The notes beneath the pieces were generated by a model that was not told where the DNA came from, did not search any database, and was given only the letters and a program-made list of their open reading frames with translations. The position numbers and the translations under genes were made by a program. Below, one piece after another: positions 46,608 through 54,433 of a DNA stretch of 64,000 nucleotides. Positions within the stretch are counted from its first letter, which is position 1. Every line of letters starts with the position of its first letter. This DNA is from an uncultured Gemmatimonadaceae bacterium (GTDB taxonomy: Bacteria > Gemmatimonadota > Gemmatimonadetes > Longimicrobiales > RSA9): contig CAYQCY010000003.1 in assembly GCA_964416095.1 (NCBI GenBank), positions 27,877-91,876 on the forward strand. Direction: 5' to 3'.

Positions 46608-46768
46608 ATGGCGCCCCGTCGCGCGCGACAAGCTGGTCTCCGGCGCGTGGCGGGGCGTGGTACGTCTCCAGGCGGGACGTGGCGGTGGGCCGCTGGTCGA
46701 CCGGGGCAGTCGCGCCGTTCTACGACAAGGCCCCTGCTGCACCGTTCGCCGTCTCAGAGGCCTGAGCC

Positions 46769-48706
46769 TTACGAAACCTTCCCCGGCGGCCTGAACCCGA
46801 CGCGGTCCGCCTCGTCCAGCGCCACCTCCACGACGGCGCCGTCCACACCGTCCACGTCCGCGAAGACCTGGAGCGCGAAGGGCACCTTGCCGAAGGGCGC
46901 GCTGACCTGGATCCCCTGCACATCGGACCGGACCCGCTGGAAGATCTCCCGGGCGATGAGGATGCCCTCCTCCAGGGCATGCTCTTTCCCCCTGTCGTTG
47001 GCCTTGCGCATGCGGGCGAGGATGGGGTCCGGCACGTTGATGCCCGGGACCTCGTTCGCCAGGAACTCGGCGTTGCGGAGGGAGACCAGTGGCCAGATCC
47101 CCGCAATGATCGGCACCCAGATGTCACGCTCTTTCAGCGCCTCGATGACCGCCAGGAGCTGGTCGCTGTCGAAGACCGGCTGCGTGATGGCGTACTCGGC
47201 CCCGGCCTCCGCCTTCCAGTAGAACCGGTGCAGCTCGTGGTCCAGGTCCACGGCGCCCGGGTTCAGCCCGACGCCGATGGTGAACGACGTGGGCTCGCCG
47301 GTGGGGTTGCCGCCCGGGTCGAGGCCGTGGTTCAGCCGGTTCACCAGGTTCGTGAGCCCGATGCTGTCGATGTCGAAGACGGCGGTGGCGTCGGGGTAGG
47401 GCCCCATCTTGGGCGGATCGCCCGTGATCAGGAGGAGGTTGCGCAGCCCGAGAGCGTGTGCGCCCAGGAGGTCCGACAGCATGCCCAGCAGGTTTCGGTC
47501 CCGGCAGGTGTAGTGCACGACGGCCTCGATGCCGACCATCTGCTCCACCAGCGCCGACGTGGCCAGCACGCCCATCCGCATCTGGGCCCGGGGCCCGTCC
47601 GGGACGTTCACCGCGTCCACGCCCGCCTCCTTCAACATGCGGACGCCCGCCAGCATCGACGCGGGATCCACGCCCTTGGGCGGTACGATCTCCACGCTGG
47701 TGACCAGCTCGCCGGCATCCAGCTTCCGCCCGAGCCGCGACCGCTCGGTCAGCGGCACGGGCTCCCGCTCCGCCTCCTCCGACCGCACCGCCTCCACCCG
47801 GATCTTCGTCCGGGTCCGGCCCGGCGAGAGCGCCGCCACCGCGTCGGCCATGCGCCGGATGTGCTCCGGCGTCGTGCCGCAGCAACCACCCACGAACTTG
47901 GCGCCGGCCTTGATCAGCCGCTCGGCGTATTTCGCCATGTACTCCGGCGAGGCCATGTACATCTTCCGCCCGTGCACCTCCCGGGGCAGCCCCGCGTTGG
48001 GCTGGGCCGAGAGCTTCTTCGTCGTGCCCCGGGCCAGGTGCACGAGCGCGTCCAGGATCCCCGCCGGGCCCACGGAGCAGTTCAGCCCCACCACATCCGC
48101 GCCCCACTCGTCCAGCCGGCTGGCGCACAGCTCCGGCGCGCTCCCGTACGCCGTCGTGCCGTCCTCCCGTATGGTCATCTGCGCCACGATGGGCAGGTCG
48201 CTCGCTTCCTGCACCGCCCGGATCGCCTGATGGATCTCCTCCAGGTCCGAGAAGGTCTCCAGCACGAACAGGTCCACGCCGCCGTCCAGCAGGCCTTCGA
48301 CCTGGGTCCGGAAGAACGCCCGCGCCTCCTCGTGCGACGTGGGGCCGTACGGCTCGAGCCGGATCCCCAGCGGCCCCACCGACCCGGCCACCAGCGCCCG
48401 CTCCCCGGCGGCATGCTTCGCGATGAGCGCCGCCTGGGCGTTGATCTGGAAGGTCTCGTCGGACAGGCTGTGCTCGTGCAGCTTGACCGGGTTCGCGCCG
48501 AAGCTGTTCGTCTCGATGATCTCGGCGCCCGCGTTCACGTACGCGCGGTGAATCTGACCCACGAGCTCCGGGTCCTTCAGGTTGATCTCGTCATAGGACC
48601 GGTTGATGAAGACGCCCCGGGCGTAGAGCATCGTCCCCATGCCGCCGTCGAACATGACGGGGCGGTCGGACGTGAGGAGCTCGTGGAAGCGGTCCCTGTT
48701 GCTCAC
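46769..48706 (-). CDS. bifunctional homocysteine S-methyltransferase / methylenetetrahydrofolate reductase (YitJ-like)
   Basis: N-terminal Hcy-binding domain (GGMGTMLY, LNCSVGP, GGCCGTTPEHI) and C-terminal MTHFR-like domain. GTG start inside the stop region of the upstream 4HB gene (GTGA). Confidence 0.85.
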   Translation of the reverse strand: MSNRDRFHELLTSDRPVMFDGGMGTMLYARGVFINRSYDEINLKDPELVGQIHRAYVNAGAEIIETNSFGANPVKLHEHSLSDETFQINAQAALIAKHAAGERALVAGSVGPLGIRLEPYGPTSHEEARAFFRTQVEGLLDGGVDLFVLETFSDLEEIHQAIRAVQEASDLPIVAQMTIREDGTTAYGSAPELCASRLDEWGADVVGLNCSVGPAGILDALVHLARGTTKKLSAQPNAGLPREVHGRKMYMASPEYMAKYAERLIKAGAKFVGGCCGTTPEHIRRMADAVAALSPGRTRTKIRVEAVRSEEAEREPVPLTERSRLGRKLDAGELVTSVEIVPPKGVDPASMLAGVRMLKEAGVDAVNVPDGPRAQMRMGVLATSALVEQMVGIEAVVHYTCRDRNLLGMLSDLLGAHALGLRNLLLITGDPPKMGPYPDATAVFDIDSIGLTNLVNRLNHGLDPGGNPTGEPTSFTIGVGLNPGAVDLDHELHRFYWKAEAGAEYAITQPVFDSDQLLAVIEALKERDIWVPIIAGIWPLVSLRNAEFLANEVPGINVPDPILARMRKANDRGKEHALEEGILIAREIFQRVRSDVQGIQVSAPFGKVPFALQVFADVDGVDGAVVEVALDEADRVGFRPPGKVS

Positions 48707-49146
48707 GGTTTGCCGTCCTGGCGGGATGGCGGGCGAGGCCCGTTCGAATTCGAGTTCGAGTTCGATTTCGCACGGCGGGCGCGACGTGTGTGGCGTTGCT
48801 TCATCTTCGTCAACATGGCCACGATCCGGGCGAGGAGCTCTTCCTTTGCTTCATACTCCGCACCGTTGATCACTTTCATCGTGAGCAGCGTATCCAGGAG
48901 TGCTGCACATTCGGTGGCACTGCCACTGGCAACCCGGCAGTGGTAACCTGCCTCCGTGGGTGTCTTGTTCCCTGCACTCTCCGCCACGTTCAGCTTGATC
49001 GAGAGCGCCGCCCGCAGGAACTGATCGGTCACGAAATAGCGGTTCCGCGGGATCCGCTCCGCCACCTGCAACGACCAGATCCAGAACTCCATGGCAGCCT
49101 GATACACGTCCGGACGCTTGAACCCGAACCGCGTTGCCGTTGCCAT
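48703..49146 (-). CDS. four-helix-bundle protein (23S rRNA IVS / Avd family), divergent, with a Ser-Asn repeat tail
   Basis: FLRAALSIKLNVAESAGNKT...ASGSATECAALLDTL fits the family pattern. GGAGG lies 5 nt before ATG 49146. Tail: ...RRAKSNSNSNSNGPRPPSRQDGKP. Confidence 0.7.
   Translation of the reverse strand: MATATRFGFKRPDVYQAAMEFWIWSLQVAERIPRNRYFVTDQFLRAALSIKLNVAESAGNKTPTEAGYHCRVASGSATECAALLDTLLTMKVINGAEYEAKEELLARIVAMLTKMKQRHTRRARRAKSNSNSNSNGPRPPSRQDGKP
48742..48770. repeat. hexanucleotide array (NTTCGA) of about 5 units
   Basis: GTTCGA ATTCGA GTTCGA GTTCGA TTTCG. It encodes the SNSNSNSN tail of the 4HB protein. Confidence 0.9.
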
Positions 49147-49312
49147 GCCCGCCTCCGCGTGTGCGAGGATCGATCCTCGCAAACACGCCGCCCGGCAGCG
49201 GGCGCAGGAACGGCCAGCCGGGACATGTGGTCCGCTCGCGACGGACGTTGTCCCTGGGACCAAGCCACGCCCCGAAGGTTGCTCCCTGCCGCAAACCTGA
49301 CGTACCCCTCGT

Positions 49313-49330
49313 AATCGAATTCGAAATCGT
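49313..49330. repeat. hexanucleotide array (AWTCGA) of 3 units
   Basis: AATCGA ATTCGA AATCGT, directly abutting the metH stop codon (49331-49333). Confidence 0.8.
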
Positions 49331-52300
49331 TCAGTCCGCGCTGAAGTACCTTGCCTCCGGATGATGCACCACCAGCGCCGCCGTGCTCAGCTCCGGCACC
49401 AGCGCGCCCGCCTCCGTCAATTCCATCCCCAGCTCTTCCTCGGCCGGCAGCAGTCGGAACACCTGCCGGTGCTGACGGTGGTCCGGGCACGCGCCGTAGC
49501 CCCAGGAGTAGCGGAGCCCGCGATCGTCGTCGATGCCCAGGTCGCGACGCACGACCCGGTGGACGTACTCGGCTGCCGCCTCCGCCAGACGCACGCCGAA
49601 CCCGTGCAGGTAGTAGCCTTCGCCGTACTCGCCGCCCTTCATCATTCCCTCGGACTCTTCGAGCAGCTCGTCGCCCACCGTGACGACCTGGAAGCCGGCC
49701 ACATCCTGCGGCCGGTCCTCGTCGTCGACGGGCCGGAAGTAATCGGCGAGGCAGAGACGGTCCCGGTCCGGCTGCCGCGGGAACTCGAAGCGCGCCACCT
49801 CCTTGGCCCGCTCGTCGGGATCGTAGACGACGAGGGCGTCGCCCTCCCTCGCGGCGGGGAACAGCCCGTAGGCGCCACGCACCCGCACTTTCCCCGCGGC
49901 CAGCGTCTCCCGCTGGTACCGCTCGAAGCGCGGCCCGAACTCCTCCCGCACCAGCCGCTCCCACTCCTCGCCCTTCGCATTCTTCGCACCCCAGTGCAGG
50001 CGGTAGAGCGTGTTCAGGTCGATGAGGGGATAGAGCTCCGCCAGCGGGAGTCGGTCCAGCACCTTCACGCCCGTGAAGGCCGGCTCGGGCACATCGATGT
50101 CGTTGGACGGTCCGCCGCGCCCCCCGGGCCGCGGCGAGGCGGCGGCCCTGGCCTGGAGCGCGGCCCGCTTCGCCGTGTCCTCCCGGATCTCGTCGTGCCG
50201 GCGCTGGACGAAGCCCGACCGGTCGTCGCCCACCAGCGACTCCACGACGTGCAGCCCCTCGAATGCGTCCTTGCAGTACCAGACGCCGGGCCCGTACAGC
50301 TCGGTCTTCGCCTCGTCCACGAAGGCGGCCGACCGGACGAACGACGGGTTGATGGCCGCGCCGCCGCACATCACGGGGAACGCGAGGCCGCGGCTGTGCA
50401 GCTCCTGGACGGCGGCCGGCATCTGCTTCGAGGTGGAGACCAGGAGCGCCGAGAGCCCGATGACGTCGGCTCCCACCTCCTCGGCCTTCGCGATGATGTC
50501 GTTCACCGGCACCTGCTTGCCCAGGTCGTGGACCGTGTAGCCGTTGTTGTCCAGGATCGTGCCGACCAGGTTCTTGCCGATGTCGTGCACGTCGCCGAAC
50601 ACCGTGGCCAGCACGACGGTGCCCTTCGACTCGCCCTCGACTCTCTCCAGGTACTGCTCCATGCGGGCGACGGCCCGCTTCATCGCCTCCGCCGACTGGA
50701 GCACGAACGGCAGGATCAGCTCCCCGGCCCCGAACTTGTCGCCCACGACCTTCATGGCGGGGAGGAGAACCGAGTTCAGAAGGTCCACCCCGGCCTCGTG
50801 CGTCTCGGCGGTCGGCACGATCGAATTCGAACTCGAATTCGAATTCGAATTCGAGCCGGCCTGGCCGAGGCGCCCGTGGATCGCCGCGTCCACGAACTCC
50901 TCGATCCCCTCCTTCTTCCTGTGCAGGATCTTCCAGTGGATCGCCTCATCGGGGGTCATCTCGGCGGTGGGGTCGGCGGCCTCCTCCGTTTCCGCGGCGT
51001 GCTCCTCGTAGTAGTCGATAAAGCGTTCCAGCGCGTCGTCGCGCCGGGCGAAGATCAGGTCGTCGGCCAGGACGCGGCGCTCCTCGTCGATCTCGGCGTA
51101 CGGCGTGATGTGGGCCGGGTTCACGATGGCCATGTCCAGCCCGGTCTCCACGCAGTGGTGCAGGAACACCGAGTTGAGCACGGCCCGGGCGTGGGGCTCG
51201 AGCCCGAACGAGACGTTGGACACGCCCAGACTGGTGAAGACGCCCGGCAGCTCGGCCTTGATGCGGCGAATCCCCTCGATCGTCTCCACCGCCGAGTGGC
51301 GGAACTCCTCCTCGCCGGTCGCCAGCGTGAACGTCAGGTCGTCGAAGATCAGGTCCTGGGGCCGGAGCCCGTAGTCGCCGGTCACGATGTCCTGGATGCG
51401 ACGCGCGATCTCCAGCTTGCGGTCCGCCGTCTTGGCCATGCCGTCCTCGTCGATGGTCAGCGCGATGACGGCGGCGCCGTGCTCCACGGCCAGCGGCACG
51501 ACCTCGTCGATCCGCTGCCGGCCGTTCTCCAGGTTGATGGAGTTGATCACCGCGCGGCCGGGATACTGCTCCAGCGCGGCCTTCACCACGTCGGCCTCCG
51601 TGGTGTCGATGACGAGGGGCGTCTCCACGGACTGGGCCAGGAGCTTGACCAGCCGGCGCATCCGCTCCGCTTCGTCCTCCCGCTCCGTCAGCGCGACGCA
51701 GACGTCCAGCAGGTGGGCGCCGCCCTCCACCTGCCCGCGGCCGATCTCCACCACGCCCTCGTAGTCGTCGTCCAGGAGCAGTCGCTTCACCGCACGGGAG
51801 CCCTGCGTGTTGACCCGCTCACCCAGCAGCGTCGGCGCCGGTTCCTGGGCCAGGTCGAACGCCGTCATGGCGCTGGCGACCCGGGGCACGGACGATCCGT
51901 TCCGGGCGGCCGGCACCGCCCCGGACAGGCGGTCGACGACGAGGCGGAGATGGTCCGGCGTCGTGCCGCAGCAGCCGCCCACCACGTTCACGCCGAACCG
52001 CGTGACGAACTCCTCGTGGGCGTCGGCCAGCTCCTCCGGGGTGAGCGGGTATACGGCCCGGCCGCCCTCGTTGAAGGGGATGCCGGCGTTCGGGATCACG
52101 CTGACCGGGAGCCGCGTGTTCTCGGTGAGCCACCGTACCGGCTGGCGCATGTGCTCCGGGCCCGTGGAGCAGTTCAGGCCGAGCACGTCCACGCGCAGCG
52201 CCTGTTCCAGCACGACGCCGGCCGCCTCGATGTCCGTCCCCAGCAGCATTCGACCGGAGGTGTCCAGCGTCACCTGCGCCTGGATCGGCACCGTGATGCC

Positions 52301-52867
52301 CGTCTCGCCGAACGCATGCCGCAGCCCGGCCACCGCCGCCTTGACCTCCAGCATGTCCTGGCTCGTCTCGATGAGCAGGACGTCGACGCCGCCCCCGATG
52401 AGGCCCGCCGCCTGCTCACGGAAGACGTCCGCCAACTCCTCGTACGTCATGGCGCCCAGCGCCGGGTCGTTCGTGCTGGGCAGGTACCCGCTCGGGCCCA
52501 CGCTGCCCGCCACGAACCGCGGCCGATCCGGGGTCCCGAACTCGTCCGCGACCCGCCGGGCCAGAGCCGCCGCCGCACGGTTCAGCTCCAGCGCCTCGGC
52601 CTGGAGCCCGTACTCCTCCAGCGTCAGGCGGTTCGCCCGGAAGGTGTCCGTCTCGATGACGTCCACGCCCACGTCCAGGAACGAGCGGTGGATGTCCTCG
52701 ATGACGTCCGGCCGCGACAGCACCAGGTGGTCGTTGCACCCCTCGAGCTCTTGACCGCCGAAATCCTCCGTCGTCAGCCCCCGGGCCTGGATGCTCGTGC
52801 CCATGGCGCCGTCGTAGACGAGGACGCGCTCCGCCAGGGCATCCAGGTACCCGCCTTTATGCTCCAT
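49331..52867 (-). CDS. metH: cobalamin-dependent methionine synthase
   Basis: Start MEHKGGYLDAL (ATG 52867). Hcy domain (LGLNCSTGP, GGCCGTTPDH), pterin-binding domain, B12 domain (GDVHDIGKNLV is the DxHxxG motif; SALLVST) and AdoMet-activation domain (RYSWGYGACPD). The track ORF extends 118 spurious codons upstream. Confidence 0.93.
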   Translation of the reverse strand: MEHKGGYLDALAERVLVYDGAMGTSIQARGLTTEDFGGQELEGCNDHLVLSRPDVIEDIHRSFLDVGVDVIETDTFRANRLTLEEYGLQAEALELNRAAAALARRVADEFGTPDRPRFVAGSVGPSGYLPSTNDPALGAMTYEELADVFREQAAGLIGGGVDVLLIETSQDMLEVKAAVAGLRHAFGETGITVPIQAQVTLDTSGRMLLGTDIEAAGVVLEQALRVDVLGLNCSTGPEHMRQPVRWLTENTRLPVSVIPNAGIPFNEGGRAVYPLTPEELADAHEEFVTRFGVNVVGGCCGTTPDHLRLVVDRLSGAVPAARNGSSVPRVASAMTAFDLAQEPAPTLLGERVNTQGSRAVKRLLLDDDYEGVVEIGRGQVEGGAHLLDVCVALTEREDEAERMRRLVKLLAQSVETPLVIDTTEADVVKAALEQYPGRAVINSINLENGRQRIDEVVPLAVEHGAAVIALTIDEDGMAKTADRKLEIARRIQDIVTGDYGLRPQDLIFDDLTFTLATGEEEFRHSAVETIEGIRRIKAELPGVFTSLGVSNVSFGLEPHARAVLNSVFLHHCVETGLDMAIVNPAHITPYAEIDEERRVLADDLIFARRDDALERFIDYYEEHAAETEEAADPTAEMTPDEAIHWKILHRKKEGIEEFVDAAIHGRLGQAGSNSNSNSSSNSIVPTAETHEAGVDLLNSVLLPAMKVVGDKFGAGELILPFVLQSAEAMKRAVARMEQYLERVEGESKGTVVLATVFGDVHDIGKNLVGTILDNNGYTVHDLGKQVPVNDIIAKAEEVGADVIGLSALLVSTSKQMPAAVQELHSRGLAFPVMCGGAAINPSFVRSAAFVDEAKTELYGPGVWYCKDAFEGLHVVESLVGDDRSGFVQRRHDEIREDTAKRAALQARAAASPRPGGRGGPSNDIDVPEPAFTGVKVLDRLPLAELYPLIDLNTLYRLHWGAKNAKGEEWERLVREEFGPRFERYQRETLAAGKVRVRGAYGLFPAAREGDALVVYDPDERAKEVARFEFPRQPDRDRLCLADYFRPVDDEDRPQDVAGFQVVTVGDELLEESEGMMKGGEYGEGYYLHGFGVRLAEAAAEYVHRVVRRDLGIDDDRGLRYSWGYGACPDHRQHRQVFRLLPAEEELGMELTEAGALVPELSTAALVVHHPEARYFSAD
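50819..50854. repeat. hexanucleotide array (AWTCGA) of 6 units inside metH
   Basis: GATCGA ATTCGA ACTCGA ATTCGA ATTCGA ATTCGA. In frame, it encodes SNSNSNSSSNS in a loop of the B12 cap region. Confidence 0.9.
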
Positions 52868-53103
52868 GCCTGCCTTTCGTTTTCGTCCCGACCACGAAAA
52901 AAGCCCCACGCCGATGGTCTCGGTGCGGGGCGATCCCTCCATATTCGCGTTCTGTCGTCCCGGCACTTTAGACCTTTGGTTCGACAGGTCCGGGACGGAA
53001 CGCATCCCTCCCTCCTGTCCGGCGGTGCCAAGCGGCCTCAAATGCATCCGCCGTTGCTGCTCCTCTGTCCGCTCAATGTCATACCCGCCCTCGGCCGCGT
53101 CAA
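52868..53103 (-). promoter_or_regulatory. metH 5' leader: candidate promoter (TTGACG-17-GACATT) plus ~175-nt structured RNA ending in an intrinsic terminator; possible riboswitch or attenuator of unassigned class
   Basis: Candidate -35 at 53103-53098 and -10 at 53080-53075. There are several mutually exclusive helices, for example GUCCCGG pairing either with an upstream GGGA or a downstream CCGGGAC. The terminator lies 30 nt before the ATG. Confidence 0.5.
52897..52931 (-). terminator. intrinsic terminator inside the metH leader
   Basis: Minus-strand GCCCCGCACCG-agaccau-CGGCGUGGGGC followed by UUUUUU. Confidence 0.7.
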
Positions 53104-53202
53104 GACAGGGAAGAGGTGGACCTTCCCCATCCTTTCGATTCCTCGCTGATGCAGGCGGGCAATTCGGGAAGCCGTCGGGCTCCTGCCCGCGGCCCGCCGA
53201 GG
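53098..53202 (+). repeat. intergenic repeat family, partial copy C
   Basis: gtggaccttccccatcctttcgattcctcgctgatgcaggcgggcaattcgggaagccgtcgggctcc... aligns with A 14931-15017. Weaker similarity may continue to about 53260. Confidence 0.7.
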
Positions 53203-53299
53203 CTCCGCTCGTGGGCCTCACCGGGCACGGATTCTGCTACGAAAGCCGGGCGATGGAGCGGTGTCGTTCCGCTCCGCGCCTCGCATCGCGGAGGGACCC

Positions 53300-53506
53300 A
53301 TGACCGCCGGGAAGATGCGCCTCGACGCCCAGCGGGCGCTGCTCGAGCTGGAGCCCGGCCTGGCTCCCTGCGGGCGGTCCCAGGCCGATGGCGTGCCCTG
53401 CCCCGAGCTGGGCACCGACTGCGCCGACTGCCCGGAGGGTCGCGACGGTCTCTTCACGCTCATGCAGGAGAGCTACAAGCTGCGGATCAAGCGGCTCTGC
53501 ATTTGA
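53300..53506 (+). CDS. hypothetical Cys-rich small protein (68 aa)
   Basis: GGAGGG lies 4 nt before ATG 53300. GC3-rich. Contains C-x10-C-x7-C-x2-C. No family recognised. Confidence 0.5.
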   Translation: MTAGKMRLDAQRALLELEPGLAPCGRSQADGVPCPELGTDCADCPEGRDGLFTLMQESYKLRIKRLCI

Positions 53507-53508
53507 GG

Positions 53509-53536
53509 CATCTCGTCCCCCCGGGGGGACGAGATG
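53509..53536. terminator. perfect 12-bp GC hairpin
   Basis: CATCTCGTCCCC-CCGG-GGGGACGAGATG, immediately after the 53300-53506 ORF. Confidence 0.55.
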
Positions 53537-53565
53537 ACCCGATCACGTGGGCGTGACCACGAAAC

Positions 53566-53591
53566 GAGCCCGCCGGAATTCCGGCGGGCTC
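53566..53591. terminator. perfect 11-bp GC hairpin
   Basis: GAGCCCGCCGG-AATT-CCGGCGGGCTC, downstream of the pilin gene on the minus strand. Confidence 0.55.
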
Positions 53592-53619
53592 GCGGGCTAT
53601 CATTCCTCCACGACGGCCG

Positions 53620-54039
53620 CTACGGAGTGAAACTGCACGAGATCACGCCCGGAACCGTGGCTTCCCCCACCGTGGCTCCGCCGTCTCCCACGTAGACGTT
53701 GCACTGCTCGTCGGGGATCGCCATGTGCGTTGCCGTGGCTGCCCAGCCGCCTGTGTGGTCGCCGAGGACGATGGTCACGCCCTGGCTGGTGAGAAAGTTC
53801 AGGTCGGGGTCCACCCCGGACCAGTCCAGGGTCCCGGCCGTCTTGTAAGCGAGGGCGGAGCCGTGGTAGTAGATCTCCTGCTGGTTCTGCAGGTGCTTCA
53901 GGTCGGCGCGCATCGCTGCGTAGAAGCCGCGCTCCCGGGCACGGCTGAGCGTCGGGATGGCCAGCGCCGCCAGGACGGACAGCACGACCACGACGACGAG
54001 CAGCTCGATCATCGTGAAGCCTGGATGCACGTTGCGCAT
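53620..54039 (-). CDS. pilA: type IV pilin (PilA-like)
   Basis: MRNVHPG|FTMIELLVVVVVLSVLAALAIP carries the class III signal with the G/F cleavage site and Glu5. GAGGAA SD lies upstream of ATG 54039. C-terminal Cys pair. Confidence 0.9.
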   Translation of the reverse strand: MRNVHPGFTMIELLVVVVVLSVLAALAIPTLSRARERGFYAAMRADLKHLQNQQEIYYHGSALAYKTAGTLDWSGVDPDLNFLTSQGVTIVLGDHTGGWAATATHMAIPDEQCNVYVGDGGATVGEATVPGVISCSFTP

Positions 54040-54196
54040 GGCGTGGTTCCTCACCCCACGCGGCTGACGAGGGGAATGCTCGGGACGTCGTCGTCCGCGT
54101 TCGAGGTTGCTCCCGGGTCTTGATCAACGTAGGGGCGGCCTTTCCGCGCGGCAAGGGAAAAGAAACGTCCCCGGCCCGGGCCCGCTCCTTCCCGCT

Positions 54197-54373
54197 CCAC
54201 GTGTAGTGCCACTTGAAGAAGTTGGCCACATCGTCCACCGGGGAGTACAGGACCGGCACCAGCACCAGCGTGAGGAATGTGGCGAAGGTCAGCCCGGCGA
54301 TGACCGCGATGGACAGGGGCACCAGACCCAGCACGGTGGTCATGGCGGTGAGGACGATGGCGTTGTTCGCCAC
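54197..54373 (-). pseudogene. eroded C-terminal remnant of an RND (AcrB-family) transporter
   Basis: VANNAIVL-TAMTTVLGLVPLSIA-VIAGLTFATFLTLVLVPVLY strings together TM10-, TM11- and TM12-like motifs without the connecting loops. There are no upstream RND domains. The frame then runs into the pilin gene out of frame. Confidence 0.5.
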
Positions 54374-54433
54374 GACGCCGGCCTCCGCCCGGCATCGGCC
54401 CCACGCCGCGCGGCCGGGGCTGACAGCTTAAGG

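Noticed and set aside
50819-50854. GAATTC (EcoRI-site) arrays as cloning-linker or assembly artefacts.
   Set aside because: The intragenic array is an exact multiple of 3, and MetH reads continuously through it with normal flanking motifs. The 48.7-kb array is also in frame. An artefact cannot be fully excluded without raw reads.
52868-53103. Assigning the metH leader to the SAH riboswitch (it contains AGAGGAGC...CAACGGCGG) or to cobalamin (GUCCCGGACCUGUC resembles a B12 box).
   Set aside because: Only short fragments resemble the consensus. The remaining conserved cores are absent or out of order: GCGCUC closing helix and CAGGC for SAH; GGGAA, GGUG, AAUCC and GCCACUG for AdoCbl. Left unassigned.
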